From assembly GCF_056746865.1 (NCBI RefSeq), contig NZ_CM163382.1: a stretch of DNA of 64,000 bases; one strand, written 5' to 3'. The notes beneath the pieces were generated by a model. It saw nothing but the letters and a program-made list of their open reading frames with translations, did not search any database and was not told the origin of the DNA. Of the stretch, positions 42,418 to 53,615 are shown one piece after another (the first letter of the stretch is position 1; each line of letters opens with the position of its first letter). The position numbers and the translations under genes were made by a program.

Positions 42418-43779
42418 ATGTCTTTTGATTTAATCATTAAAAACGGCACCGTTATTTTAGAAAACGAAGCTCGCGTTGTAGATATCGCCGTTAAAGGCGG
42501 AAAAATTGCTGCTATCGGTCAGGATCTGGGCGATGCAAAAGAAGTTATGGATGCGTCTGGTCTGGTGGTTTCGCCAGGCATGGTTGATGCGCACACCCAT
42601 ATTTCTGAACCGGGTCGTAGCCACTGGGAAGGTTATGAAACTGGTACTCGCGCAGCGGCAAAAGGTGGTATCACCACCATGATCGAAATGCCGCTCAACC
42701 AGCTGCCTGCAACGGTTGACCGCGCTTCAATTGAACTGAAGTTCGATGCCGCTAAAGGCAAGCTGACTATCGATGCGGCACAACTCGGTGGCCTGGTGTC
42801 TTACAACATCGACCGTCTGCATGAGCTGGATGAAGTGGGCGTTGTCGGCTTCAAATGCTTCGTTGCGACCTGTGGCGATCGCGGTATCGACAACGACTTC
42901 CGTGACGTCAATGACTGGCAGTTCTTCAAAGGTGCGCAGAAGCTGGGCGAACTGGGGCAGCCGGTGCTGGTGCACTGCGAAAACGCACTGATCTGTGATG
43001 CACTGGGCGAAGAAGCGAAAAGTGAAGGTCGCGTAACTGCCCATGACTATGTGGCTTCGCGTCCGGTATTTACCGAAGTGGAAGCGATTCGCCGCGTACT
43101 GTACCTGGCGAAAGTTGCCGGTTGCCGTCTGCACATTTGCCATATCAGCAGCCCGGAAGGCGTTGAGGAAGTGACTCGTGCACGTCAGGAAGGTCAGGAT
43201 GTTACCTGTGAATCCTGCCCGCATTACTTTGTACTGGATACCGAACAGTTCGAAGAAATCGGTACTCTGGCGAAGTGTTCACCGCCGATCCGCGATCTGG
43301 AAAACCAGAAAGGCATGTGGGAAAAACTATTTAACGGTGAAATCGACTGCCTGGTTTCCGACCACTCACCATGCCCTCCGGAAATGAAAGCCGGCAACAT
43401 CATGGAAGCATGGGGCGGTATTGCCGGTCTGCAAAACTGTATGGACGTGATGTTCGATGAAGCGGTACAGAAACGCGGAATGTCTCTGCCAATGTTCGGC
43501 AAATTAATGGCGACTAACGCAGCAGATATTTTCGGTCTGCAGCAAAAAGGCCGTATCGCCCCAGGAAAAGATGCCGACTTCGTCTTCATTCAGCCGAATA
43601 GCAGCTATGTTCTTACCAATGACGATCTGGAATATCGCCACAAAGTCAGCCCGTATGTTGGCCGTACCATTGGCGCGCGTATCACGAAAACCATCTTACG
43701 TGGTGATGTGATTTACGACATTGAACAGGGCTTCCCTGTTGCGCCGAAAGGTCAATTTATCCTTAAACATCAGCAGTAA
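42418..43779 (+). CDS. allB: Allantoinase
   Basis: 453 aa; amidohydrolase metal-binding motif DAHTH. Confidence 0.9.
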
Positions 43780-43835
43780 TCTGGCCCCTGCAATGCCCGT
43801 CCTTGCGGCGGGCATTCTCCGGTTAAGGTGTGTTT

Positions 43836-45137
43836 ATGTTCAATTTTGCAGTCAGCCGCGAAAGCCTGTTATCAGGATTTCAGTGGTTTTTCTTTATTTT
43901 TTGCAACACTGTTGTGGTTCCTCCTACGCTACTTTCTGCTTTTCAGTTGCCGCAAAGCAGCCTGCTTACGCTCACGCAATATGCTTTTCTTGCTACCGCA
44001 CTGGCCTGCTTCGCTCAGGCGTTCTGCGGTCATCGTCGCGCTATTATGGAAGGGCCGGGTGGCCTGTGGTGGGGAACCATCCTTACTATCACCCTTGGCG
44101 AAGCATCGCGCGGGACACCGATCAACGATATCGCTACCAGTCTGGCGGTGGGGATTGCGCTCTCCGGCGTGCTGACGATGTTGATTGGTTTTAGCGGATT
44201 AGGTCATCGCCTGGCGCGATTATTTACGCCGTCGGTGATGGTCCTGTTTATGTTGATGCTGGGCGCACAGCTGACCACTATCTTTTTCAAAGGTATGCTC
44301 GGGCTGCCGTTTGGCATAGCCGACCCGAATTTTAAAATTCAGTTACCGCCGTTCGCGCTCTCGGTGGCGGTGATGTGCCTGGTACTGGCGATGATTATTT
44401 TCCTGCCGCAACGTTTTGCCCGTTACGGCCTGCTGGTCGGCACGATAACCGGCTGGTTGTTGTGGTACTTTTGCTTTCCTTCTTCGCATTCGCTCTCCGG
44501 TGAGTTGCACTGGCAGTGGTTCCCGCTCGGCAGTGGAGGTGCTTTGTCGCCGGGGATTATTCTGACGGCGGTGATTACAGGTCTGGTTAATATCAGCAAT
44601 ACCTACGGTGCGATTCGGGGCACGGATGTTTTTTATCCGCAGCAGGGCGCGGGGAATACGCGTTATCGTCGTAGCTTTGTGGCGACCGGATTTATGACGC
44701 TGATAACCGTACCGCTGGCGGTAATTCCATTTTCACCGTTTGTTTCATCCATTGGTTTATTAACCCAGACTGGCGATTACACGCGGCGTTCGTTTATTTA
44801 TGGCAGCGTTATTTGCCTGCTGGTTGCACTGGTTCCGGCACTCACTCGACTGTTTTGCAGTATCCCTTTACCCGTGAGTAGCGCGGTTATGCTGGTTTCT
44901 TATCTGCCTTTACTCTTTTCCGCGCTGGTGTTTAGCCAGCAAATCACGTTTACCGCTCGCAATATTTATCGACTCGCATTGCCGTTATTTGTCGGCATAT
45001 TTTTAATGGCATTACCGCCTGTGTATCTGCAAGACCTTCCATTAACGCTTCGTCCTCTGCTCAGTAACGGCTTACTGGTCGGGATTTTACTGGCTGTTCT
45101 TATGGATAATCTTATTCCGTGGGAACGCATCGAATAA
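43836..45137 (+). CDS. ybbY: Putative purine/uracil permease YbbY
   Basis: Polytopic membrane protein; ATG at 43836 gives MFNFAVSRESLLSG...; the ORF track extends to a GTG at 43830. Confidence 0.8.
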   Translation: MFNFAVSRESLLSGFQWFFFIFCNTVVVPPTLLSAFQLPQSSLLTLTQYAFLATALACFAQAFCGHRRAIMEGPGGLWWGTILTITLGEASRGTPINDIATSLAVGIALSGVLTMLIGFSGLGHRLARLFTPSVMVLFMLMLGAQLTTIFFKGMLGLPFGIADPNFKIQLPPFALSVAVMCLVLAMIIFLPQRFARYGLLVGTITGWLLWYFCFPSSHSLSGELHWQWFPLGSGGALSPGIILTAVITGLVNISNTYGAIRGTDVFYPQQGAGNTRYRRSFVATGFMTLITVPLAVIPFSPFVSSIGLLTQTGDYTRRSFIYGSVICLLVALVPALTRLFCSIPLPVSSAVMLVSYLPLLFSALVFSQQITFTARNIYRLALPLFVGIFLMALPPVYLQDLPLTLRPLLSNGLLVGILLAVLMDNLIPWERIE

Positions 45138-45158
45138 TTTGTTGAAAAAGGATTGATA

Positions 45159-46304
45159 ATGAAGATTGTCATTGCGCCAGACTCGTTTAAAGAGAGCTTA
45201 AGTGCAGAAAAATGTTGTCAGGCAATTAAAGCCGGGTTTTCGACCCTCTTTCCCGATGCGAACTATATCTGTTTGCCGATAGCGGATGGCGGCGAAGGGA
45301 CGGTGGATGCGATGGTCGCCGCGACGGGCGGCAACATCGTGACGCTTGAAGTCTGCGGGCCGATGGGCGAAAAAGTGAATGCTTTTTATGGCCTTACCGG
45401 CGACGGGAAAACAGCGGTGATTGAGATGGCGGCAGCAAGTGGTCTGATGCTGGTCGCGCCTGAAAAGCGTAATCCGTTGCTGGCCTCCAGTTTTGGTACG
45501 GGGGAGTTAATTCGTCATGCGCTGGATAACGGCATTCGCCATATTATTCTCGGCATAGGCGGCAGTGCGACGGTCGACGGTGGTATGGGCATGGCGCAGG
45601 CGCTTGGTGTGCGTTTCCTTGATGCCGACGGTCAGGTGCTGGCGGCTAACGGCGGCAATTTAGCACGCGTGGCAAGTATTGAGATGGATGAATGCGATCC
45701 GCGTCTGGCGAACTGCCATATTGAAGTAGCATGTGATGTTGATAACCCGCTGGTGGGGCCACGCGGTGCGGCGGCGGTGTTTGGTCCGCAAAAAGGGGCA
45801 ACGCCGGAAATGGTCGAAGAGCTGGAGCAGGGACTGCAAAATTACGCCCGTGTTTTACAACAGCAAACTGAAATCAACGTCTGCCAGATGGCGGGCGGCG
45901 GCGCGGCGGGCGGGATGGGCATTGCGGCGGCGGTATTCCTCAATGCGGATATTAAACCGGGTATTGAGATTGTACTGCGGGCGGTCAACCTGGAGCAGGC
46001 GGTGCAGGGCGCAGCGCTGGTGATCACCGGGGAAGGGCGCATCGACTCGCAAACGGCAGGCGGTAAAGCACCGCTGGGCGTGGCGTCGGTGGCGAAGCAG
46101 TTTAATGTCCCGGTGATTGGGATTGCTGGCGTATTGGGTGATGGCGTGGAAGTGGTGCACCAGTACGGCATTGACGCGGTGTTCAGCATTTTGCCACGTC
46201 TGGCACCTTTAGCCGAAGTGCTCGCCAGCGGTGAAACCAATCTCTTCAACAGCGCACGAAATATTGCCTGCGCCATTAAAATAGGTCAGGGAATTAAAAA
46301 CTGA
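45159..46304 (+). CDS. glxK: Glycerate 2-kinase
   Basis: Start placed at [27 protein letters not shown]... Confidence 0.9.
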   Translation: MKIVIAPDSFKESLSAEKCCQAIKAGFSTLFPDANYICLPIADGGEGTVDAMVAATGGNIVTLEVCGPMGEKVNAFYGLTGDGKTAVIEMAAASGLMLVAPEKRNPLLASSFGTGELIRHALDNGIRHIILGIGGSATVDGGMGMAQALGVRFLDADGQVLAANGGNLARVASIEMDECDPRLANCHIEVACDVDNPLVGPRGAAAVFGPQKGATPEMVEELEQGLQNYARVLQQQTEINVCQMAGGGAAGGMGIAAAVFLNADIKPGIEIVLRAVNLEQAVQGAALVITGEGRIDSQTAGGKAPLGVASVAKQFNVPVIGIAGVLGDGVEVVHQYGIDAVFSILPRLAPLAEVLASGETNLFNSARNIACAIKIGQGIKN

Positions 46305-46318
46305 CTCTTGCCATTAGA

Positions 46319-46349
46319 GCGGATGCATTTTATCCCGCATCCGTTTTTT
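46319..46349 (+). terminator. Rho-independent terminator after glxK
   Basis: cggatgc ... gcatccg followed by tttttt. Confidence 0.6.
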
Positions 46350-46364
46350 ACCTGAATTTACCGC

Positions 46365-46395
46365 AAAAAAAGCCACGGTATAAACCGTGGCAAAA
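46365..46395. terminator. Bidirectional terminator between glxK and allE
   Basis: aaaaaaa-gccacggt-ataa-accgtggc-aaaa. Confidence 0.6.
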
Positions 46396-46433
46396 TCCAA
46401 CATAGCTAAAAATAATCAGGCGAGTGGTATGAC

Positions 46434-47219
46434 TTAAATCTCTACGTCGCGGTTGCAATCTTTCGAGTAAATATAACTAAACGCTTCACCACGCCCTACG
46501 CCATAACCGGCCTGTAAGGAATAAGCGCCCATGAAGATGTAATCGCCTTTTTTCACCGGGATCCAGTTATTGTCGAGGTTATAAACCCCCTGACCGGAAA
46601 GAATATAGGCACCGTGTTCCTGGACGTGAGTTTCGATATAACCGTGGCTGGCACCTGGCGCAAAAGAGAGGATATGCATGTTCATATCAAAACCTAACTC
46701 TTTGGGCAGAAAATCTAGCAGAATAACATCGTCCATGCCTTCATAATGAATGCGTTCGAGTTCGCTGGCATTGCCAGAAACCAGCCACGGTGCATGGCCT
46801 TCTACCGGAACATAGCGGCGCTTATATAAAAAGATTTGGCTGTCTTCGGCCTGGGCGTTAACAAACGTCATTAAGGAGCCTGGTGGGCAATAAAGATAGC
46901 CACCTTCGCTTAAGGCAAATGTTTTGCCTTCAGCTTTGGCAGTGATATTTCCAGAGATCACATACAGGAACGTTTCAATGCCTTCGCCACCGAAGCCCTG
47001 TTGGTTGCCACCGTTTTGATGCAGTGTGACCAGATAATCAACAAAAGAGGCACCCAGCTTTGGCGTGGAGAGGATTGTCGCGTCACAATTTTCAAAGCCC
47101 GGAATAATATTTTTTACCAGACCATCCGGGGTTAAAAGTGCGAAATTACCGTGTTTAACAATCGCACGGTTAGCCAGTAAATCATCGCGGTAACCGGTGA
47201 CGTTATTTAAATATCCCAT
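46434..47219 (-). CDS. allE: Ureidoglycine aminohydrolase (cupin) AllE/YlbA
   Basis: 261 aa, MGYLNNVTGYRDDLLANRAIVKHGNFALL... Confidence 0.9.
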   Translation of the reverse strand: MGYLNNVTGYRDDLLANRAIVKHGNFALLTPDGLVKNIIPGFENCDATILSTPKLGASFVDYLVTLHQNGGNQQGFGGEGIETFLYVISGNITAKAEGKTFALSEGGYLYCPPGSLMTFVNAQAEDSQIFLYKRRYVPVEGHAPWLVSGNASELERIHYEGMDDVILLDFLPKELGFDMNMHILSFAPGASHGYIETHVQEHGAYILSGQGVYNLDNNWIPVKKGDYIFMGAYSLQAGYGVGRGEAFSYIYSKDCNRDVEI

Positions 47220-47229
47220 TTATGACTCC

Positions 47230-48465
47230 TTATTTCTGCCAGGCAAGTTGATAAAGCATGAGTGCCAACGTTTTGACCCCTTCGGCAAGGTCGGTAATAT
47301 TGGTGCGTTCCGCCGGGTTATGGCTGATCCCGTTGATGCTGGGGATAAAAATCATGCAGGTTGGTACGCGAGGCGCGAAAATTTGCGCGTCGTGCCCGGC
47401 ACCACTGTGCATCACCCGGTAATTCAGTTTTTCACTTTCACACAATTCTATCAGGGTGGCGACCAGTTCCTTGTTCATCGGCACGGGTTCTTCGTCCATC
47501 CATAAATCGATATCAATACCAATGTCCATTTCATCGCAAATCGCCCGCATGTCGTTTTCTAACTGTTGGGTGAAATCGCGCAGCACGGCAGCATCGGTAT
47601 GGCGACAATCAATGGTGAACGTGGTTTTACCCGGCACCACATTCACCGTATTCGGGCGCGGCTCCACCTTACCAAAGGTCAGCACCAGCGGGTCGCCCAT
47701 CTTTTTCGCTTTTTCGACAGACTGATGGCAAATGCGACTGAAAGCGTAAACCGTATCACGACGATAACCCATCGGCGTGGTGCCTGCATGGTTTGATTCG
47801 CCGTTCAGCGTCACCGTATAGCGACGCTGCCCGACAATTGCATTCACCACGCCAATTGATTGACCATTACTTTCCAGCACACAGCCCTGTTCGATATGCA
47901 GTTCGACAAAGGCTTTAATATCCTGACGCGGAGTTAGTGGGGCGTTCGGCAGAGTAAATCCGCAAGCCTTCATCGCATCGACAAAACTATTTCCTTTGGC
48001 ATCACAGATATTCCGCACGTCGTCAGGATTCGCCAGCCCAAAGATATTTTTACTGCCCCAGAAGACATACGGGAAGCGGCTGCCTTCTTCTTCTGCCATC
48101 GCCACCACTTCGACCGTACGTAACGGCGCGCCGTATTGCGTTTTCAGCCAGTCAATTGCCAGCCACGCCGCCAGCGCGCCGAATTGCCCGTCGAGGTTAC
48201 CGCCGTTAACCACGGTATCGATATGCGAACCGCTCAGAACCACTTCTTGTGGATATTCGGTGCCACTCAGGCGACCATATAAATTCCCCACTTCATCGAA
48301 ACGTGTTTCCAGCCCGCTTGCTGCCATTCTTTTTTTAAATTGCTGCTGAGTTTCCAGCCATTCCGGCGAATAAAGTAAACGGGTCATCCCACCCGTTGGG
48401 TCAGCGCCAAAAGAGGAAAGCCAGGGCAGCGTTTCTTCTATGGCTTGACGGAAATGTGTAATCAT
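47230..48465 (-). CDS. allC: Allantoate amidohydrolase
   Basis: Start placed at MITHFRQAIEETLPWLSSFGADPTGGMTRLLY...; M20-family peptidase fold. Confidence 0.9.
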   Translation of the reverse strand: MITHFRQAIEETLPWLSSFGADPTGGMTRLLYSPEWLETQQQFKKRMAASGLETRFDEVGNLYGRLSGTEYPQEVVLSGSHIDTVVNGGNLDGQFGALAAWLAIDWLKTQYGAPLRTVEVVAMAEEEGSRFPYVFWGSKNIFGLANPDDVRNICDAKGNSFVDAMKACGFTLPNAPLTPRQDIKAFVELHIEQGCVLESNGQSIGVVNAIVGQRRYTVTLNGESNHAGTTPMGYRRDTVYAFSRICHQSVEKAKKMGDPLVLTFGKVEPRPNTVNVVPGKTTFTIDCRHTDAAVLRDFTQQLENDMRAICDEMDIGIDIDLWMDEEPVPMNKELVATLIELCESEKLNYRVMHSGAGHDAQIFAPRVPTCMIFIPSINGISHNPAERTNITDLAEGVKTLALMLYQLAWQK

Positions 48466-48486
48466 AAGAAAGTCCTGTCTCAATAA

Positions 48487-49536
48487 TTATTGCGCAAAGG
48501 GATTTTTCGTTTCGTATGACGTGTTATAAAGCGCGTCAGAAATTAAATACTGGTAAATATCATCAACAATTTCGATGCCTTCGACGGCGGCTTTGCGTTG
48601 TTTAATATCCTGATCCTGTCCGGGATAATAAACCTGGTTAAAACCGGGCGCGGGGGTTATGGCATTTAATTCGCGCATGGTCTGGCTAAGATGTTGACGG
48701 AATAGTTCGCTGGAGGAGAAAAAGTTCGGGTTAATAACGATATGTAATTGCCCCAAATTACGCCCGGCGTGTAAATCGTCATACATCGAACTAACCTGTC
48801 GCCCGAACGGTAAGCCGAGTAAGACGCCTGAGAGGACGTCAATCATCATCATCAGGCCATACCCTTTCGGTCCGGCGGCAGGGAGCAGGGCGTTAACTGC
48901 AAATGGATCGGTTGTTGGTGCTCCGTTTTTATCGACCGCCCAGGTATCCGGGATAGACATATTACGCGAGCGGGCGTCGAGCACTTTTCCCCATGCCTGT
49001 ACGGTAGTCGCCATATCAAAGGTAAGGATCTCGTCGCCTTCTCCCGGCGCGGCAAAGGCCAGTGGGTTAGTACCGTAGTAAATTTCCGCGCCGCCAAACG
49101 GCACCACCATTGGATCGGACTGGCACATCGAAATGCCAATTAATCCTGCGCGGGCTGCCTGCTGCACAAAATAAGAGATTGCGCCGCTGTGACCCATCCG
49201 GCTGATACCGACCACCGCAACGCCATTTTGCTGGGCGGTTTTGATGGCATGTTCCATACCCATTTTCGCCGCGACCTGTCCGGCAGCATTGTCGGCATGT
49301 AAAATTGCCGAACACGGCCCGGTTTCTTCAAGACGAAATTCCGGTTCACGGTTGGTGCCGCCTTTTGAAATGCGTTCCGCGTAGTATTCCACGCGCACCG
49401 CGCCATGAGAGTGGATCCCTCTGGCATCGGCGTAAACCAATACTTCAGCCACGGTTGCAGCGTGCTCACGTTTTAACCCAGCCTGGCAGAGTTTATTCTC
49501 GATTAGCTGGCGGAGTGTTTCCCGACTGATTTTCAT
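48487..49536 (-). CDS. allD: Ureidoglycolate dehydrogenase
   Basis: 349 aa, MKISRETLRQLIENKLCQAGLKREHAATVAEVLVYADARGIHSHG... Confidence 0.9.
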   Translation of the reverse strand: MKISRETLRQLIENKLCQAGLKREHAATVAEVLVYADARGIHSHGAVRVEYYAERISKGGTNREPEFRLEETGPCSAILHADNAAGQVAAKMGMEHAIKTAQQNGVAVVGISRMGHSGAISYFVQQAARAGLIGISMCQSDPMVVPFGGAEIYYGTNPLAFAAPGEGDEILTFDMATTVQAWGKVLDARSRNMSIPDTWAVDKNGAPTTDPFAVNALLPAAGPKGYGLMMMIDVLSGVLLGLPFGRQVSSMYDDLHAGRNLGQLHIVINPNFFSSSELFRQHLSQTMRELNAITPAPGFNQVYYPGQDQDIKQRKAAVEGIEIVDDIYQYLISDALYNTSYETKNPFAQ

Positions 49537-49595
49537 CTGTCTTCCTTTTTAACGACGGTGTGAAGCATGACTGCAATTAACATACAGGGAAAATA

Positions 49596-49615
49596 TCTGG
49601 ATTATGTGATCCAGA
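49596..49615. promoter_or_regulatory. Palindrome in the divergent allD/fdrA control region (candidate operator)
   Basis: tctggat-tatgtg-atccaga, a perfect 7-bp inverted repeat with 6-bp spacer in a 316-bp AT-rich intergenic region. Confidence 0.3.
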
Positions 49616-49852
49616 CAGGCAAAAAAATATAGTTAGAATTTATTTGATAATCCGCTCGCTTTTAACCTGGTTTTTAAAACAACCACGCTTATTAAAAAAT
49701 AACACGTAATAGCATGGCGGTTATTTGAATTCTTTTGTTAATAATCCCTGTGTGATATTCATCACCTTATTTTCCCGTTCTCATCGATACCGTAATCGCC
49801 ACATTAACACTGCTCGTGCAATTGCCATGGGTGCAATTTTTAAGGAGTTGTT

Positions 49853-51520
49853 ATGATCCACGCCTTTATTAAAAAAGGGTGTTTTCAGGATTCTGTCAGT
49901 TTAATGATTATTTCACGAAAACTCAGCGAATCAGAAAATGTTGATGATGTTTCCGTAATGATGGGTACGCCCGCCAATAAAGCGTTATTAGATACCACAG
50001 GTTTCTGGCATGACGATTTTAATAACGCCACGCCGAACGATATTTGCGTGGCAATTCGTAGCGAAGCGGCGGATGCGGGGATCGCGCAGGCGATTATGCA
50101 ACAGCTTGAAGAGGCGCTAAAACAACTGGCGCAGGGTTCAGGCAGCAGCCAGGCGTTGACGCAGGTGCGTCGCTGGGACAGTGCCTGTCAGAAATTACCC
50201 GATGCCAGTCTGGCGCTGATTTCAGTGGCTGGCGAGTATGCGGCGGAGCTGGCTAATCAGGCGCTGGATCGCAACCTCAACGTGATGATGTTCTCCGATA
50301 ACGTCACGCTGGAAGATGAAATCCAGCTCAAAACCCGCGCACGCGATAAAGGCTTGCTGGTGATGGGGCCGGACTGCGGTACGTCGATGATTGCCGCCAC
50401 GCCGCTGGCTTTTGCTAACGTGATGCCGGAAGGCAATATTGGCGTCATTGGCGCTTCCGGTACCGGGATTCAGGAGCTGTGTTCGCAGATTGCGCTGGCA
50501 GGTGAGGGAATTACCCACGCGATTGGTCTTGGCGGGCGCGACCTCAGCCGTGAAGTGGGCGGCATCAGTGCGCTAACGGCGCTGGAAATGTTAAGCGCCG
50601 ACGCGAAAAGCGAAGTGCTGGCATTTGTTTCAAAACCACCTGCCGAAGCTGTGCGTCTGAAAATTGTTAATGCCATGAAAGCAACCGGCAAACCGACGGT
50701 GGCGCTGTTTTTAGGTTATACCCCGGCGGTGGCCCGCGACGAGAATGTCTGGTTTGCCTCCTCGCTTGATGAGGCCGCACGCCTGGCTTGCCTGCTTTCA
50801 CGCGTCACGGCGCGACGTAACGCAATAGCACCTGTCAGCAGCGGATTTATTTGCGGTTTGTATACCGGCGGTACGCTGGCTGCTGAAGCGGCGGGATTAC
50901 TTGCCGGACACCTTGGCGTGGAAGCCGACGATACCCATCAACATGGCATGATGCTCGACGCCGACGGACATCAGATCCTCGACCTGGGCGATGATTTTTA
51001 CACCGTCGGGCGTCCCCATCCGATGATCGACCCGACCTTACGCAACCTGTTAATTGCCGATCTCGGCGCTAAACCGCAAGTGCGCGTGTTGCTGCTTGAT
51101 GTCGTGATTGGCTTCGGTGCGACTGCCGATCCTGCCGCCTCGCTGGTGAGCGCCTGGCAAAAAGCCTGTGCCGCGCGTCCAGACAATCAACCACTGTATG
51201 CCATTGCCACGGTGACAGGCACCGAACGTGACCCGCAATGCCGCTCGCAACAAATCGCCACGCTGGAAGATGCGGGGATCGCGGTCGTGAGTTCGCTGCC
51301 GGAAGCCACCTTGCTGGCGGCAGCGTTAATTCATCCGCTCTCGCCTGCCACACAGCAACACACACCGTCATTACTGGAAAACGTCGCCGTGATTAACATC
51401 GGATTACGCAGCTTTGCGCTGGCGCTACAAAGCGCCAGCAAACCGGTTGTGCATTACCAATGGTCGCCAGTCGCCGGCGGCAATAAAAAACTGGCTCGTT
51501 TATTAGAACGTTTGCAATAA
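49853..51520 (+). CDS. fdrA: FdrA (CoA-binding, succinyl-CoA synthetase alpha-like) protein
   Basis: 555 aa, MIHAFIKKGCFQDSVSLMIISRKLSESENVDDVSVMMGTPANK... Confidence 0.85.
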   Translation: MIHAFIKKGCFQDSVSLMIISRKLSESENVDDVSVMMGTPANKALLDTTGFWHDDFNNATPNDICVAIRSEAADAGIAQAIMQQLEEALKQLAQGSGSSQALTQVRRWDSACQKLPDASLALISVAGEYAAELANQALDRNLNVMMFSDNVTLEDEIQLKTRARDKGLLVMGPDCGTSMIAATPLAFANVMPEGNIGVIGASGTGIQELCSQIALAGEGITHAIGLGGRDLSREVGGISALTALEMLSADAKSEVLAFVSKPPAEAVRLKIVNAMKATGKPTVALFLGYTPAVARDENVWFASSLDEAARLACLLSRVTARRNAIAPVSSGFICGLYTGGTLAAEAAGLLAGHLGVEADDTHQHGMMLDADGHQILDLGDDFYTVGRPHPMIDPTLRNLLIADLGAKPQVRVLLLDVVIGFGATADPAASLVSAWQKACAARPDNQPLYAIATVTGTERDPQCRSQQIATLEDAGIAVVSSLPEATLLAAALIHPLSPATQQHTPSLLENVAVINIGLRSFALALQSASKPVVHYQWSPVAGGNKKLARLLERLQ

Positions 51521-51529
51521 GGGGTTCCC

Positions 51530-52789
51530 ATGTTTACATCAGTGGCGCAAGCCAATGCTGCGGTTATCGAACAAATTCGTCGTGCTCGTCCACACTGGCT
51601 GGATGTGCAACCGGCTTCTTCACTTATCAGCGAACTAAACGAGGGCAAAACACTGCTTCACGCCGGGCCGCCAATGTGCTGGCAGGAGATGACCGGACCC
51701 ATGAAAGGGGCATGTGTGGGCGCATGTCTGTTTGAAGGCTGGGCGAAAGATGAAGCGCAGGCGCTGGCAATGCTGGATCAGGGGGAAGTGAACTTCATTC
51801 CTTGTCACCATGTGAATGCCGTCGGGCCAATGGGCGGCATTACTTCTGCCAGTATGCCGATGCTGGTGGTCGAGAACGTGACCGACGGCAACCGGGCGTA
51901 CTGCAACCTCAACGAAGGTATCGGCAAAGTGATGCGTTTTGGCGCTTACGGCGAAGATGTCCTGACTCGCCATCGCTGGATGCGCGATGTGTTAATGCCA
52001 GTATTAAGCGCGGCGCTGGGGCGCATGGAGCGCGGTATCGATCTCACCGCGATGATGGCGCAGGGCATTACCATGGGCGATGAGTTCCATCAACGCAATA
52101 TTGCTTCCTCAGCACTGTTAATGCGTACGCTGGCCCCACAAATTGCTCGCCTCGATCATGATAAACAGCACATTGCGGAAGTGATGGATTTCCTCAGCGT
52201 GACCGATCAGTTCTTCCTCAACCTCGCGATGGCCTACTGCAAGGCGGCGATGGATGCTGGCGCGATGATCCGCTCAGGCAGCATCGTCACGGCTATGACC
52301 CGCAACGGCAATATGTTCGGGATTCGGGTCAGCGGGCTGGGCGAACGCTGGTTTACTGCGCCTGTAAACACTCCCCAAGGTCTGTTTTTCACCGGTTTCT
52401 CGCAGGAGCAGGCGAACCCGGATATGGGCGATAGCGCAATTACCGAAACCTTTGGTATTGGCGGAGCGGCGATGATCGCAGCGCCTGGCGTAACGCGCTT
52501 TGTCGGTGCGGGTGGCATGGAAGCGGCCAGAGCGGTATCTGAAGAGATGGCGGAAATCTTCCTTGAACGCAATATGCAGTTGCAGATCCCCGGCTGGGAT
52601 TTTCAGGGCGCGTGCCTGGGGCTGGATATTCGTCGCGTGGTAGAAACCGGCATTACGCCACTCATCAATACCGGTATCGCCCATAAAGAGGCGGGGATCG
52701 GGCAGATTGGCGCAGGCACTGTGCGGGCACCGCTGGCGTGCTTTGAACAGGCGCTGGAAGCACTGGCTGAAAGCATGGGGATTGGTTGA
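51530..52789 (+). CDS. ylbE: DUF1116-family protein YlbE (intact)
   Basis: 419-aa uninterrupted ORF between fdrA and ylbF. Confidence 0.8.
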   Translation: MFTSVAQANAAVIEQIRRARPHWLDVQPASSLISELNEGKTLLHAGPPMCWQEMTGPMKGACVGACLFEGWAKDEAQALAMLDQGEVNFIPCHHVNAVGPMGGITSASMPMLVVENVTDGNRAYCNLNEGIGKVMRFGAYGEDVLTRHRWMRDVLMPVLSAALGRMERGIDLTAMMAQGITMGDEFHQRNIASSALLMRTLAPQIARLDHDKQHIAEVMDFLSVTDQFFLNLAMAYCKAAMDAGAMIRSGSIVTAMTRNGNMFGIRVSGLGERWFTAPVNTPQGLFFTGFSQEQANPDMGDSAITETFGIGGAAMIAAPGVTRFVGAGGMEAARAVSEEMAEIFLERNMQLQIPGWDFQGACLGLDIRRVVETGITPLINTGIAHKEAGIGQIGAGTVRAPLACFEQALEALAESMGIG

Positions 52790-52799
52790 GGAACGCACA

Positions 52800-53615
52800 A
52801 TGACGATCATCCATCCTCTGCTTGCCAGCCGTAGTGCACCGAATTATCGCCAGTCCTGGCGGTTAGCGGGCGTGTGGCGGCGGGCGATTAACCTGATGAC
52901 GGAAAGCGGTGAATTGTTAACACTGCATCGTCAGGGTAGTGGTTTCGGCCCCGGAGGATGGGTGCTTCGCCGCGCGCAATTCGATGCGTTATGCGGTGGA
53001 TTATGCGGCAATGAACAACCGCAGGTTGTGGCACAAGGGATTCGCCTCGGACGTTTCACGGTTAAACAGCCACAGCGTTATTGTTTGCTGCGTATTACGC
53101 CGCCTGCGCATCCTCAACCGCTTGCAGCTGCATGGATGCAACGCGCGGAGGAAACCGGGCTTTTCGGGCCACTGGCGTTGGCGGCAGGCGATCCGCTTCC
53201 TGCTGAATTACGCCAGTTTCGCCACTGTTTTCAGGCCGCGCTCAATGGCGTGAAGACCGACTGGCGGCACTGGCTGGGCAAAGGTCCGGGATTAACGCCG
53301 AGTCATGATGACACGCTGAGCGGAATGCTGCTGGCGGCCTGGTATTATGGCGCTTTAGATACGCGCTCCGGTCGCCAGTTTTTTGCCTGTTCCGACAATC
53401 TTCAACTCGTTACCACAGCGGTGAGCGTCAGTTATTTACGTTATGCCGCGCAAGGATATTTCGCCTCGCCACTCCTGCACTTTGTCCATGCTCTGAGTTG
53501 CCCGAAACGTACCGCTGTTGCGATTGATTCGCTGCTGGCGCTGGGGCATACGTCAGGGGCAGATACGCTGCTGGGGTTCTGGCTTGGTCAACAATTATTA
53601 CAAGGAAAACCATGA
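52800..53615 (+). CDS. ylbF: DUF2877-family protein YlbF
   Basis: Start placed at [28 protein letters not shown]...; the longer ORF from 52707 overlaps ylbE out of frame. Confidence 0.8.
   Translation: MTIIHPLLASRSAPNYRQSWRLAGVWRRAINLMTESGELLTLHRQGSGFGPGGWVLRRAQFDALCGGLCGNEQPQVVAQGIRLGRFTVKQPQRYCLLRITPPAHPQPLAAAWMQRAEETGLFGPLALAAGDPLPAELRQFRHCFQAALNGVKTDWRHWLGKGPGLTPSHDDTLSGMLLAAWYYGALDTRSGRQFFACSDNLQLVTTAVSVSYLRYAAQGYFASPLLHFVHALSCPKRTAVAIDSLLALGHTSGADTLLGFWLGQQLLQGKP

Noticed and set aside
52274-52810. 178-aa minus-strand ORF overlapping ylbE and ylbF
   Set aside because: It is antisense to two co-oriented genes with clear protein identities and has no independent support.
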